64,000 nt of DNA, from NCBI GenBank assembly GCA_964386355.1, contig CAYLQQ010000001.1, positions 12,256-76,255 of the forward strand, given 5' to 3'. Below, piece by piece: positions 19,083 through 29,500 of this stretch; position 1 is the first letter of the stretch, and each line of letters starts with the position of its first letter. Source of the stretch: an uncultured Pseudomonadales bacterium (GTDB lineage: Bacteria > Patescibacteriota > Microgenomatia > UBA1400 > UBA1449). The notes below the pieces were generated by a model, which did not search any database, was not told the DNA's origin, and saw only the letters and a program-made list of their open reading frames with translations. The translations under genes were made by a program, and so were the position numbers.

Positions 19083-20030
19083 CTAAACAAAGTTTTCTCT
19101 TAAACGGTTATCAAAAATTGGCCGGGAAAACGTGTGATTTGTTGTTCCATATTCTTCTAAAACATATGATGCTGCAGTTGCTCCCATCTGACCCGCCTCT
19201 ATTAGAGTTTTACCATTGAGATATCCACTTAAAAATCCAGCAATATAAGCATCTCCAATTCCTGTGGGATCTTGAATTTGACGCGGCCTGGCTATACCAA
19301 CCACGATTTCTTCTCTTCCTTTTTGATGAATAACTGAGCCTTTTTCACCAACTGTTTTTATGACTATACTACCCCGATCTAATAGCTGTTCTTCAGTCAA
19401 ACCCGCTTTTTCAAGCATTTGGGCAATTTCGTAGTCATTTCCTATGATAATATTTGCACCTGTAATGCCGGCGAGCATATCCTCACGACTAAAATTGGGG
19501 GTTTGTTGAGCCGGAGCAAACAAGTAACGCAATTTAAGATTGTTCGCTTCATGGATAAACTTAACCATGGCCTCTGATGAGGTTGGAGCTAAGACAAGAA
19601 AAGCGTCTTCCGGTGCAACCACAAGTGTATCTAGAGTATTTTCAAGGGAAAGTTCCGTGTCCCGTTTCATAGCTCCCTCATAAAAACCTGAAATTTGACA
19701 ATCATCCTGGTCAGTTATGACAACAAAGCTCGCTGAATAATCATAGGTAATTTTTTGGATAAACTGCGTATTTACATTATTTTTCTCTAAAAAATGTACG
19801 TAATCCGCCCCATCTTTACCGATACTTGCCAAACAGACAACCTTTTCACCCAAGAGCCCAAGGTTATAGCAAATGTTTCCCGCTGTGCCTCCTTGATTTT
19901 TCTCTAAATGATCAATGGTGAACGAGGTTGATATGATATGACTCATACCAGGTTTTATTTGATCAGCAATTGCACCTGGGTAGAGCATGATCTGATCAAA
20001 AGCGAGTGAGCCAGTGACAATAATATGCAT
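19083..20030 (-). CDS. PfkB-family carbohydrate/nucleoside kinase (adenosine kinase-like)
   Basis: VTGSLAFD, GGTAGNI, GNDYE, DPTGIGDAYIAG. Probable start is 20030. Confidence 0.88.
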   Translation of the reverse strand: MHIIVTGSLAFDQIMLYPGAIADQIKPGMSHIISTSFTIDHLEKNQGGTAGNICYNLGLLGEKVVCLASIGKDGADYVHFLEKNNVNTQFIQKITYDYSASFVVITDQDDCQISGFYEGAMKRDTELSLENTLDTLVVAPEDAFLVLAPTSSEAMVKFIHEANNLKLRYLFAPAQQTPNFSREDMLAGITGANIIIGNDYEIAQMLEKAGLTEEQLLDRGSIVIKTVGEKGSVIHQKGREEIVVGIARPRQIQDPTGIGDAYIAGFLSGYLNGKTLIEAGQMGATAASYVLEEYGTTNHTFSRPIFDNRLRENFV

Positions 20031-20171
20031 ATTCCTGTTTATCATCTTCAAGCGAGTGAAACTCGTAATAGAATTACATTCGCAACAAAGTTAGTTTATA
20101 TATTACCTACGTATTTAAAAAAAACGTTTCGATTTGATTTTTTATCGGGCCTCTAAGACTATTTTAGTAGC

Positions 20172-20465
20172 TTATTGTCCCATTCCTTTTAACAGGCCTG
20201 AAAGTCCCCCGCTCATATCCTGCATTTTCTTCGCTGCCAGTTCTTGTGATTTTTTAAGAGCTTTATTTAAGGCATTCACTACCCGCATATTGGGAGAGCC
20301 ATCAACGATAAGTTCTTCAATCTTCTGATCACCCGTAACAATGACTGTGACCCCGTCTTCGGTAACTTCTGTTTTGATTGCTGCGAGTTGTTTCTGCAAT
20401 GCCATTGCCTGGTCGCGCATTTTTTTAAGCTCACCCATTTGTTTTACTTTGTCAAAAACGGACAT
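20172..20465 (-). CDS. ybaB: YbaB/EbfC nucleoid-associated protein
   Basis: QAMALQKQL...VTVIVTGDQKI. Sits between dnaX and recR. Confidence 0.85.
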   Translation of the reverse strand: MSVFDKVKQMGELKKMRDQAMALQKQLAAIKTEVTEDGVTVIVTGDQKIEELIVDGSPNMRVVNALNKALKKSQELAAKKMQDMSGGLSGLLKGMGQ

Positions 20466-20532
20466 GATACTATTCAATAATCAAAGATAAATGTTTTAAA
20501 CATTTGATAATTGATAATTGAAAATTATGAAA

Positions 20533-22137
20533 TTAACTAAAGATTTCTTCTACATTCTTTTCTAGCTCATGGTCTTTGGCTGTGTCAATAATCTGTTTTT
20601 CACTCTTATCTCCAAGTACATATTGTAGCTTGAGTTTAACCCCAAACATATCATAAAAAACAGATTCTACAATCTTTAAATACCTATCTGATTCCAGCTG
20701 TTGCTTATGAAGTCCATAGTACACGGTTATAGTCAAAATGTCACCTTCTAACAGTGATAAAACACTTCCCCGCAACAAACTTTCCAAAGACCTATTTTTA
20801 GGTTTGACCTCCTGCAGGACAGTATCCCATTTTGACTTGATCTGATCTATTGAAATTGTAAGTTTAGGTGAAGTTTCCTTCTTAGGCATTGTGATATCAT
20901 GTGCTTGAGATTCAGCCGATTCAGACATGACGGAGCTAGTTTCTGATATGCTAATTTCTGTAGATTTTTGTTTTTCACTTAGTCCTGAATTTGGAATGTT
21001 AACCTTTTGGTTTTCAGGTTTTTTAATAATTAGATTATCTGAGCCTGGTGTATCTTCTAATTTTTTTGCTGGTTTTGTGTTTTGAACCTTGGATGGTTTT
21101 GAACTGTCTTCTCCTACCCACTTTGCGACCAAGAGCTCCAAAGGCAATGTCTCAATAAGCGTAGTTTTCTGCTCACTGGCTGCTTGCATACATATTGTAA
21201 TCATTTCTATTATATCTGACTGTTCTATAGTTTTATATTTACTCGTTTCTTTTCTCAATTTTCGAAGTAGTTCAGCTTGCAACTGTTCGAGAATATTTCG
21301 GAATATATTTGTAAAGTCTGCACCATTTGTTTCCTGTTTTTTTATCCATTCCAGCGCCTTCACAGCGTCACTTGAAAACAGAAATTCTAAAAATTGTTCC
21401 GTCTGGTCTTGTCCAAAGGTTGCTTCAAACTGTTCCACGGTAATAGTTTTTGACCCAAATGCCAGCTGCTCGAGCAGCTTTACACTGTCTCTAAACCCCC
21501 CGCGGGTTCTTGTAGTAATGTGCTCCAAGACTCCAGCTTCAACGTCAAGTTTTTCGCCTGTAGCTACCCTTGAAAGTGATCGTACTAGCTCTGTTTCACT
21601 AGCACGCTGAAACTGAACATGAAAGGAGCGGGACTGTATCGTCTCGGGGACTTTGTTGGGTTCTGTAGTTGCCAGGATAAAGACTACATGACTGGGTGGT
21701 TCTTCCAATGTTTTTAGAAGAGCATTGAACGCTTCTTTGGTCAGCATGTGTACTTCATCGATAATGTATACCTTTTTTTGCAAGCGCATTGGAGCTAAAG
21801 ATACTGTTTCCCTCAAAGTACGGATATCATCAATACCTCGGTTGCTTGCACCATCTACTTCAATCACGTCAGGACTGCTTCCTTTTGTAATAGAAACGCA
21901 AGCCTCACACGTATTGCATGGTTCTATAGTATCCTTTCGATTTTTCGGTGCAATTTCGCAATTGAGTACTTTTGCAACGATACGTGCTGCAGAGGTTTTA
22001 CCCAATCCCCGAGAACCTGAAAATAAAAATGCGTGTGGAACGGATTTGGCTGAAAGCGCCTCTTTTAGTTGTTTACGCACTTTTTCAAGGTCAAGCTCAT
22101 CAATTGTTTGCGGTCGGTACTTAAGGTAAAAAGTCAT
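20533..22137 (-). CDS. dnaX: DNA polymerase III subunit gamma/tau
   Basis: YLKYRPQT, GSRGLGKTS, IIDEVHML, AFNALLKTLEEPP, TIQSR. Probable start is 22137. Confidence 0.96.
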   Translation of the reverse strand: MTFYLKYRPQTIDELDLEKVRKQLKEALSAKSVPHAFLFSGSRGLGKTSAARIVAKVLNCEIAPKNRKDTIEPCNTCEACVSITKGSSPDVIEVDGASNRGIDDIRTLRETVSLAPMRLQKKVYIIDEVHMLTKEAFNALLKTLEEPPSHVVFILATTEPNKVPETIQSRSFHVQFQRASETELVRSLSRVATGEKLDVEAGVLEHITTRTRGGFRDSVKLLEQLAFGSKTITVEQFEATFGQDQTEQFLEFLFSSDAVKALEWIKKQETNGADFTNIFRNILEQLQAELLRKLRKETSKYKTIEQSDIIEMITICMQAASEQKTTLIETLPLELLVAKWVGEDSSKPSKVQNTKPAKKLEDTPGSDNLIIKKPENQKVNIPNSGLSEKQKSTEISISETSSVMSESAESQAHDITMPKKETSPKLTISIDQIKSKWDTVLQEVKPKNRSLESLLRGSVLSLLEGDILTITVYYGLHKQQLESDRYLKIVESVFYDMFGVKLKLQYVLGDKSEKQIIDTAKDHELEKNVEEIFS

Positions 22138-22280
22138 AATTAGTAAATCAAAATTACAAAAATCCAAAGCACAAAACAAGTAGTGATCGATCAAATATCG
22201 TCACTGGCAACTTTATACCAGAAAACTACTACAAAGTCAGTCATGGTTAGATGGTTGAAACTTAAATTAATCAATGCTAA

Positions 22281-22898
22281 TTAAGCTTCGGTTTTGGGTT
22301 CCTGAGGGATTAAGATTGTTCTAGTTCGTTCAGCTTGTTCTTGTGTTATTGATCCCCGTTCTAATAATTGTGCTAAAGTTGCTTCAACTAATTGGGGGGC
22401 TATCCCTTGATGATTTGCTCCTTCGCGAGCAATTGACACAAAACCCATTACTTTTCTTAGATTAGTTAAAACTTGTAATGACACGTCTTGAGGTCCTCCC
22501 TTAAGCTCCACTGGAACTTGTATACGGGTAACGGTTGTTTCAATTAAACCTGCAAGTGCTTCCTGCAATCGTTGCCGTCCCTCGTTTTCAGAACCATAAT
22601 ATTTATCCTGCTTTCCAATTAATGGGGAAAATCCCGCAGAAGAGGGCTCCATTCGCCGCGGCTCAGCTGGAGGCAAGCCATATCTTCGAAAATATTTCTC
22701 TTCCGCGAGCCTGTTTATCTGTTCACCAAATTGTTTACCTACTTGTTCACCTGCTTGTTCAGCCAAATGTTCAAAGTCTAACGGTTTTTGTGATTCTGTT
22801 GGAGACATAACTGCATTTTCTGTATTTTGCTCTGCTCCTTGTCCAGCCCCTTGAGGATTAAATGTTCCTTCTTCTACCATAGAACCTCCTTGATTCAA
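22281..22898 (-). CDS. Hypothetical protein
   Basis: About 200 aa ORF. No motif recognised. Confidence 0.6.
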   Translation of the reverse strand: MNQGGSMVEEGTFNPQGAGQGAEQNTENAVMSPTESQKPLDFEHLAEQAGEQVGKQFGEQINRLAEEKYFRRYGLPPAEPRRMEPSSAGFSPLIGKQDKYYGSENEGRQRLQEALAGLIETTVTRIQVPVELKGGPQDVSLQVLTNLRKVMGFVSIAREGANHQGIAPQLVEATLAQLLERGSITQEQAERTRTILIPQEPKTEA

Positions 22899-22943
22899 TC
22901 ATTTAACTGTTTATAAAACTAATATATCACAGAAAGCAATATC

Positions 22944-22969
22944 TCGCGTTTGAATTTGTATAAACGCGA
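22944..22969. terminator. Inverted repeat downstream of ybeY
   Basis: TCGCGTTT-10 nt-AAACGCGA. Confidence 0.4.
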
Positions 22970-23035
22970 TGTTTTAGATTGCCACACTTGATACACTACG
23001 TGACCATGTTCTCAATGATAAACAAAAAAAACAGT

Positions 23036-23449
23036 CTACTCATGGTGTATCCCGAGTAAATGCAGCATACCGTGCTCGACAAGTCTATTGATCTCTTCAT
23101 CAGTCGTAATATTGTGCTCGTTAGCTTGTTTCTGAGCTACAGGGTATGAAACCACAATAGATCCTAAACGCAATATACCATCTGGATCAATAAAGTCAGT
23201 ATTTGCATCAGGTTTTGCCCTATTAAATATATAGCTCTCGTGTAAGGGGAAAGAGAGAACATCAGTCGTTCCCTCCTCTTTCATAAACTGTTCATGAAGC
23301 TGAGTCATCTTCCGGTCACCTACAAATGAAAGTTCAACCTCAACCACATCTTCAACTTTAAGGGTAGAAAGTACGTTTTGGACAGTTTCTTTAAGCTGTT
23401 TACGCCGAATGGGATATCGGGAACTGGAAGTAATTATAAGACTAAGCAT
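23036..23449 (-). CDS. ybeY: rRNA maturation RNase YbeY
   Basis: TDVLSFP, LGSIVVS, HGMLHLLGIHH. Confidence 0.93.
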   Translation of the reverse strand: MLSLIITSSSRYPIRRKQLKETVQNVLSTLKVEDVVEVELSFVGDRKMTQLHEQFMKEEGTTDVLSFPLHESYIFNRAKPDANTDFIDPDGILRLGSIVVSYPVAQKQANEHNITTDEEINRLVEHGMLHLLGIHHE

Positions 23450-23611
23450 GATTTATTTTTTATATACAAAGCATAATGTAAGTCAAACTGTAGTCATTTC
23501 AATATTCTATTACTTCTCTTTTATTACGTAGTCTAGTAACTGATTGTGAAGTCTATCAACTTATTTGTCTTAAGTGGATGGCTAGGAAAGACAATTAATA
23601 TAACCATTTCT

Positions 23612-24043
23612 TTATACCTTGCTCCGCACCACTTCACTCACCAACTTCCCCTCCGCTTTTCCCGCTACCATTGCCATTGTTTTCTGCATAATCTGACCGA
23701 AATTAGCTTCATCCCCCAATTCTGCTTTTGCCTGGTCAACCAGTTTTTCAATCTCTTCCCTGGGCATTTGAGCCGGCAGGTATGTATGGATCAAATCCAG
23801 CTCATACTGCTCTTTATCAGCCAAATCCTGGCGGTTACCGCGCTTGTATAGTTCTATCGATTCCTCACGCTTTTTTGCTTCACTACGTAAGATTTTGATT
23901 ACATCATCATCTGAAAGTTCTTTGCGGGTATCAACCTCAACTTGTTTAAGTGAGGCCTCCAGACCACGCAAAGCATCAGCCCGTTTTGTTTCACGAGCTT
24001 TCAACGCTATGAGAAAGTCCTCTCTGATTTGCTTACGTAACAT
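23612..24043 (-). CDS. GatB/YqeY domain protein
   Basis: EAKKREESIELY...RQDLADKE...YLPAQM. Lies downstream of rpsU. Confidence 0.9.
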   Translation of the reverse strand: MLRKQIREDFLIALKARETKRADALRGLEASLKQVEVDTRKELSDDDVIKILRSEAKKREESIELYKRGNRQDLADKEQYELDLIHTYLPAQMPREEIEKLVDQAKAELGDEANFGQIMQKTMAMVAGKAEGKLVSEVVRSKV

Positions 24044-24106
24044 GTTGTTATGGATAGGGACAGCTGATCCAACTTATCGCCGGATAGATCTTTGCCCTTA
24101 CAGAAT

Positions 24107-24316
24107 TTAATGATGCGCACGTCTGGCTGCCTGTTGGCGGCGTTTTTTGCGCTTACGGATTTCATCCCGTTTTTCCTTCAAAACTAGGGATGGTTTTTTG
24201 TAAAATTCTTTTTCTTTGAGTTTGGTAAGAATATCTTCCTGTTGGACTTTTTTCTTGAATTTCTTGATTATCTGGTCATTTGTATCTTGCGGACCAGCTA
24301 CTACTACTGTAGCCAT
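24107..24316 (-). CDS. rpsU: 30S ribosomal protein S21
   Basis: IKKFKKKV...KEFYKKPS, strongly basic. A GGAGG SD precedes ATG 24316. Confidence 0.9.
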   Translation of the reverse strand: MATVVVAGPQDTNDQIIKKFKKKVQQEDILTKLKEKEFYKKPSLVLKEKRDEIRKRKKRRQQAARRAHH

Positions 24317-24443
24317 GCTTGAAAACACCTCCCCTCCAAATTAGAGGTACATATTGTTAATATACCAAAAAGTATTAAACGTCCATTGATTATACTAAAA
24401 AGAGACAGAAGTTTGAAGTATGAATAATGAAGTGACGCAATTA

Positions 24444-25280
24444 TTAGCTTATCAGATTAATAAGTTCTTCAACTTGTAATTTAGAAAATTTTGAATTTGG
24501 ATTTTTATAGCTTCCGTTTAAGAGCATTTTTTTACTCGGGTGCAGATACCAGGTGGCATCAGGATCGGCATGCTTGGCATTTTCACAAACCTGTGTCAGA
24601 TCTACTTCACTATCCGGCCTACCCTTGATACGCACCATTCCCACAGGATCTTTGCGAATAGTGAGCACATAGCCTTGTTTCTGAGCAACAGTCAAAACCT
24701 CATCATTTTTTGTTTCGATAGCAATTCCCCTTCCCCATGGGCTGTCAAACTGTCTGCCTTTCTCTAGTTCTTTTTCGGCATCAATCTTAAGCTTCATACT
24801 GGTATATACGCCGTCTAGGCAAGTAGAACCAAGATCAATCAACCCCTGATCAGTGAGAGTATTGTTTTGCTTAAGTCCATCCAAGATCGCACTCATCATG
24901 AAACTATAGCGGTCAGAGAGAGGCTCTGGCCACTTCACTTCATCAAAGTGGTCATCACCCACAATCACTTCCACCATACGGGCTAGCGCTTCATCCTCAG
25001 AAATATACTCAAACCGTTCCTGTAGGTGTTCTAGTATTAATTTGGCTGCTGATGTTCTGGTCAGGCCTCTATCCGGCTGGTGATGGTCAAATTTACCTAA
25101 TCCGGTATCAACATGAACAATATCCGGATCGCTGTCAACACGCTGATCCTGATATGTCCCACCCGCCGGCACAAAAGCGACACTTGCTTCGCTCCAGTCT
25201 TGGTCAAAACGCCTCAAAAGCCACACGCTTGTGATTGCATCTGGATCGGGGTTGTGGTGGGTTACTATTAGTTTTGACAT
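24444..25280 (-). CDS. DHH/MYG1-like phosphoesterase family protein
   Basis: IVTHHNPDPDA, VDTG..KFDHHQ. Confidence 0.7.
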   Translation of the reverse strand: MSKLIVTHHNPDPDAITSVWLLRRFDQDWSEASVAFVPAGGTYQDQRVDSDPDIVHVDTGLGKFDHHQPDRGLTRTSAAKLILEHLQERFEYISEDEALARMVEVIVGDDHFDEVKWPEPLSDRYSFMMSAILDGLKQNNTLTDQGLIDLGSTCLDGVYTSMKLKIDAEKELEKGRQFDSPWGRGIAIETKNDEVLTVAQKQGYVLTIRKDPVGMVRIKGRPDSEVDLTQVCENAKHADPDATWYLHPSKKMLLNGSYKNPNSKFSKLQVEELINLIS

Positions 25281-27020
25281 TTATATTTGACCTAACTTCC
25301 CAATTACCTCTTCAATTCCTAATAACTCGCTCTCTTTCTCACTTCTTCTTTTCCACTCCACTTTCTCCCCAGTTCTTGGTGAGACAACCAACCTCACCGG
25401 ACAGCCAATCAGATCCCCGTCAGCAAACTTCTGACCGGCTGTAACATCCGCTCTATCGTCATATAAAACCTCTATTCCACTATCGACAAGTTTTTGGTAG
25501 ATAGCATCGGCTTTCTCAATCAGTCCCCGATCATTATTTGCAATTGCTACCAAGTACACTGTATATGGGGCTACAGCTTCCGGCCATTCAATTCCTTTTT
25601 CATCATGGTGCATTTCAACAATTGTTTGTAAATTGCGTCCGATTCCAATACCATAGCAACCCATGTAGTATGGTTTTTGTGTCCCATCTTTATCTGTAAA
25701 TGTGGCCCCCTCCATCAAATGTGAGTAGTGGTAGCCAAGCTGGAATATGTTCCCAACTTCAATTCCGCGTTTGGCAATCAGCTTCGCACCACTTTCTGCC
25801 ATATAACCTTCTTTTGCCAGTGCAATATCTCCCTCTATCTCATGCTTAAAATCCCTACCGTAATTGACATCAATACTGTCTGTTGTCTCTTCTTTTTGGC
25901 CGCCAATAAAGTTTCTTACCGTATATAATGATGGATCAGCTACATATATTACTTTACATGTCCGGTCCTCAGTTTTGGCGGGACGCGGGGCTATAAACGT
26001 ATGTCCCCAAGCATGTACGTATCCCGGTTTGGTCCCCAATGCTGCTAAATCTTCTTCGGTTGCCGGCTCCAAAGGCACAACTTCATGTAATACATGCTGG
26101 AGTTTAACTGGGTTAACTTCTAAATCCCCTCTGATAGTTGCAACAACTATGTCACCTTGAAAATTACGGTAAACTACATTTTTAAGACAGTACTTTGCTT
26201 CTTTTCCGTAGTGTTTATATACATCCTCCATGGTGTGCACCCATTCAGGCTGGTCGATGATCTGCATCGGCCTCATCTCCTCTTCCAGATTAATATCATC
26301 TAGCTTAAACTTAGCTACTTCCTCATGGGCACAATACGATCCATCTTCAGCCTCTAAGAATTTTGTTTCTCCGTCTTTGTGCTCGACTACAAATTCATGG
26401 CAGTAGTCGCCACCAATATAACCGTTATCCGACTCAACGACTTTGGTTTCATATCCTAGACGTTTAAATATCATTGTGTAGGTGTCCCACATTTTTTTAT
26501 ATTCTTTTTTAAAATCCTCTTCGTCCTTGTCAAAACTGTAGGCGTCTTTCATGACAAATTCCCTTACCCTAAGCAAACCACCTCTGGCTCGCAGTTCATC
26601 CCGGAATTTGGTTGAAAACTGGTAAATATTGAATGGTAAATCCCTATATGAAAGCGGGAACTTGCGCACCACATCCACAAACATCTCCTCTGCCGTTCCT
26701 CCCAAAGCAAACTTAGCCCCCCTTCTATCTTTGACCTGCATCAGCTCGAATCCGGCAGCATTGTTGCGGTTTGTCTCTTCCCACAGCTCCAGCGGATGCA
26801 ACACGGGCGTGATCATCTCCTGTGCTCCGGCCTTGTCCATCTCTTCTTTGATGATAGCCATTATTTTCTGTTGAACACGTATCCCAAGAGGCAGCATGAA
26901 ATATCGTCCGGCTGTTGACTCACGGATAAAGCCACCCTGGACTAAAAGCTTGTGAGAAGGAAGCTTGATATCATTGCTGACGGTTTTAGTTGTTTTGCCG
27001 AATAGTTTTGAGTAACGCAT
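25281..27020 (-). CDS. proS: Proline--tRNA ligase with insertion (editing) domain
   Basis: SHKLLVQGG, KFRDELRARGGLLRVREFVMKDAYSF, GIEVGNIFQLG, MGCYGIG. Confidence 0.97.
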   Translation of the reverse strand: MRYSKLFGKTTKTVSNDIKLPSHKLLVQGGFIRESTAGRYFMLPLGIRVQQKIMAIIKEEMDKAGAQEMITPVLHPLELWEETNRNNAAGFELMQVKDRRGAKFALGGTAEEMFVDVVRKFPLSYRDLPFNIYQFSTKFRDELRARGGLLRVREFVMKDAYSFDKDEEDFKKEYKKMWDTYTMIFKRLGYETKVVESDNGYIGGDYCHEFVVEHKDGETKFLEAEDGSYCAHEEVAKFKLDDINLEEEMRPMQIIDQPEWVHTMEDVYKHYGKEAKYCLKNVVYRNFQGDIVVATIRGDLEVNPVKLQHVLHEVVPLEPATEEDLAALGTKPGYVHAWGHTFIAPRPAKTEDRTCKVIYVADPSLYTVRNFIGGQKEETTDSIDVNYGRDFKHEIEGDIALAKEGYMAESGAKLIAKRGIEVGNIFQLGYHYSHLMEGATFTDKDGTQKPYYMGCYGIGIGRNLQTIVEMHHDEKGIEWPEAVAPYTVYLVAIANNDRGLIEKADAIYQKLVDSGIEVLYDDRADVTAGQKFADGDLIGCPVRLVVSPRTGEKVEWKRRSEKESELLGIEEVIGKLGQI

Positions 27021-27064
27021 ATTGCTAATTTTATCACAGAAGAATAGGTGAAATTGGAGGTAAT

Positions 27065-27511
27065 TTAGGGTTTACGAACCAGAAGCAAGCGGTGTTTGCC
27101 CTCACCAAAATAGTTTTCTTTCCAGGCCTCGATCTCAAATCCTGATTTTAGATAGCAAATAATGGCACCTGTATTTTGAGGGTGAGTAACCAACCAGAAT
27201 TTCTTATTAGGATGCTCTAAAAAAATATGATCAAGCACCTGCCTGCCATGCCCCTGACCTTGGTATTGTGGTAGAAGAGCCAATGATGTCAATTCGATGG
27301 AATCAATTTTATCTTCTTCAAGGCAATAATAACCAATCAATTCTTGTTCTTCATTATAAATGAGCCAAACGTCACTTTTCCCATAAAATGTGAATAGCTG
27401 GTCCTTTTGTTCTGTATGTATATCAAATGGTCGAGTAAAGGTTTGGGAATCAATATTGAAAATGTCATCCAGACTGTCGTGCAAGTATATTTGCTTAAAT
27501 TTAAGTTGCAT
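27065..27511 (-). CDS. GNAT-family N-acetyltransferase
   Basis: LLPQYQGQGHG acetyl-CoA motif, N..AI.CYLKSGF. Confidence 0.85.
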   Translation of the reverse strand: MQLKFKQIYLHDSLDDIFNIDSQTFTRPFDIHTEQKDQLFTFYGKSDVWLIYNEEQELIGYYCLEEDKIDSIELTSLALLPQYQGQGHGRQVLDHIFLEHPNKKFWLVTHPQNTGAIICYLKSGFEIEAWKENYFGEGKHRLLLVRKP

Positions 27512-27518
27512 ACATTTG

Positions 27519-27740
27519 CTATTTCAAAGCATCTGAGTGAAAATGAGCAAAATTCATCGCCTTTGTTTCTAATAACATTATTTCTAGTTGAGATAATCCC
27601 GGAGCATGCGCTTGTTCGGTAAGCTCTTTTAGTCTAGCCGTGCAAGCATCTCGATATGTTTATACTGCAATAGGATCACCTGTTTGAGCATTAAGCTTTA
27701 ACATTTCCAACGATGGTGGTAAACCAAATTCTGTTAACAT
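27519..27740 (-). pseudogene. Possible small-protein pseudogene with an in-frame TAA
   Basis: MLTEFGLPPSLEMLKLNAQTGDPIAV*TYRDACTARLKELTEQAHAPGLSQLEIMLLETKAMNFAHFHSDALK*. The frame fills the intergenic gap up to the GNAT gene. Confidence 0.35.
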
Positions 27741-27793
27741 ATATGGTTAATTTTTAATATCAGTATTTTACCACACAAAGGGTAACTTAATTT

Positions 27794-28288
27794 TTATTCC
27801 TGCACCCCCACCCCCACTTCTTTTCTCTGGGCTTCCTGCCAGGCGCGTCTGGTTGTCTGAACGTGCTACTTGGTGCTTTCCATAAGATAATTAAGGACCC
27901 GTTTCAGTTCAACATCATCACTTTCAAAAACTTCAAAGAACTTACACTCCAGCAAAGCCTGTTCCTGCGCATAGGCATTACTCACAGCTTGCAGATAGGT
28001 AAAGTTCGTGGCTTGAGCTTCTAAGATAAGCCTATGCCGGTACTCCATCGAAAATTTTATTGTCTGAGGATTAAACCGGGTTTGGTTAAACAAAACCTTA
28101 CCGTTATGAATATGGTTTCCCAATAATTTTAAAGCTCTTGCATGATATTTTTCCTCTTCACTTATCTTGAGCCAAAATTCTTTTTTATCAGGGAAGCGGT
28201 CTGCGTAAACTTCGTACAACTTTGATATATACAGTTCATTTTGCATCAGGAGCTGTATCATTTCCTCCTGTTTTGAGTGGTCTGACAT
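27794..28288 (-). pseudogene. Ferritin-like/rubrerythrin-like protein interrupted by an in-frame TAG
   Basis: E..ISKLY, FW..ISEEEKYH, then MESTK-TAG-H and 22 further sense codons to TAA at 27794. The TAG falls just before the His of the second ExxH-like site. Confidence 0.6.
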
Positions 28289-28353
28289 ATGTACAGTAAT
28301 TTTTTTACAGTACTACTATACACAAATTGAAATGAAGATTAAGAGAGAGATTT

Positions 28354-29421
28354 TTAACCGCCCCTGACTATTCGCAATACATCTGCAACGGTAATTAGTA
28401 CCATCAAGGTAACCAGAATTGCCATGCCAGCCATATTGATGTAAGCCTCGATCTTGGGCTTGATACGCTTGCCAATAGCTTTTTCCAGCATAATAAAGGC
28501 AAATCGTCCGCCATCCAGAGCCGGAAATGGCAGTATGTTTATGACAGCCAGATTGATCGATAAGATCCCCATAAATTTGATAACCGGAAGTATACCCTCT
28601 GCGGCAACTGTTTTGGTAATTTCATAGATCCCGACCACTCCACGAACTTCTGGTTTTTGTCCGGCAAATAAGCCAGATATCATCTGCCATAGACCCTCAA
28701 ACATCATCTTAGTCCAAGCAAACGCCTCTTCCAGGCCCACCTTGGTGCCTCTAAAGGGCATCTGCCAGGCAGGGTAAAACACATTGTCATAATTTGAAAC
28801 AGCCACACCAACTGCCCCTTCGCCTTCCGGAGGATTAACTCGGGGAGTTAGTTCAACAGCTACTTGCTGACTGTTTCTCTCAAGTAAAATAGCAACTGGC
28901 TGACCGGCTTTTGTTTTTAGATACTCAACAAATTCTGCTGTTTTAGCTTGGGTAAGCCCATCTATAGCCAATACCTTATCACCAGTTTGTATGCCCGCAG
29001 CCTGGGCTGGAGAATTAGGAGCTATTCCATCAACCACAATATAATCAACTTCCTGAGGTATGCCCCGTAATGAGTAAATTACAGAAAAACATACTATAGC
29101 CAAAACCATATTCATAAATACGCCGGCTAAAATAATTGCTACCCGTTGTTTTTTTGATTTGTTAAAAAATGCCCGCGGGTCTTTTGAGCCTTCAGCCTCA
29201 GCCTCCTGCTCGCCAAACATCCGCACAAATCCGCCAAAGGGTAACCAATTGATCGAATAAATTGTCTCGCCTACCTTTTTACCTATAGCTCTAGGAGGAT
29301 ATCCAAACCCAAATTCCTCAACTTTTACCCCTGTCCATTTGGCAACCAAGAAATGCCCCAGCTCATGGATAAGAACCACAATTGATAAAATAATTAAAAA
29401 TGTCAGAATTGGTGGTAACAC
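28354..29421 (-). CDS. rseP: RIP metalloprotease RseP (site-2 protease with PDZ)
   Basis: HELGH, LPFGGFVRM, PDZ (NSPAQAAGIQTGD), NILPFPALDGG. Probable GTG start at 29421 (the track gives 29466). Confidence 0.93.
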   Translation of the reverse strand: MLPPILTFLIILSIVVLIHELGHFLVAKWTGVKVEEFGFGYPPRAIGKKVGETIYSINWLPFGGFVRMFGEQEAEAEGSKDPRAFFNKSKKQRVAIILAGVFMNMVLAIVCFSVIYSLRGIPQEVDYIVVDGIAPNSPAQAAGIQTGDKVLAIDGLTQAKTAEFVEYLKTKAGQPVAILLERNSQQVAVELTPRVNPPEGEGAVGVAVSNYDNVFYPAWQMPFRGTKVGLEEAFAWTKMMFEGLWQMISGLFAGQKPEVRGVVGIYEITKTVAAEGILPVIKFMGILSINLAVINILPFPALDGGRFAFIMLEKAIGKRIKPKIEAYINMAGMAILVTLMVLITVADVLRIVRGG

Positions 29422-29428
29422 AAAATAC

Positions 29429-29499
29429 AGTATGAAGTATGAAGTATGAAGTATGTCCTTTCCCACTTCTTACTACGTACAACTTACTACCTGCAACTA
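29429..29499. repeat. Paired 7-nt tandem arrays between frr and rseP
   Basis: agtatga x3 + agtatgt, then acttctt actacgt acaactt actacct gcaacta. Confidence 0.75.
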
Positions 29500-29500
29500 T

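Noticed and set aside
21055-21070. Programmed frameshift in dnaX producing gamma at an A7 run after domain III
   Set aside because: The run is short, no downstream stimulatory hairpin or upstream SD was seen, and A-runs are common in this AT-rich DNA.
27794-27868. Genome-wide stop codon reassignment (amber readthrough or code 25)
   Set aside because: TAG ends recR, ybeY, tsf and topA, and TGA ends the MFS gene, folA and mrdA, all at the expected C-termini. The standard code fits.
29429-29499. CRISPR array
   Set aside because: Units are 7 nt with no spacers, and there are no cas genes in the window.
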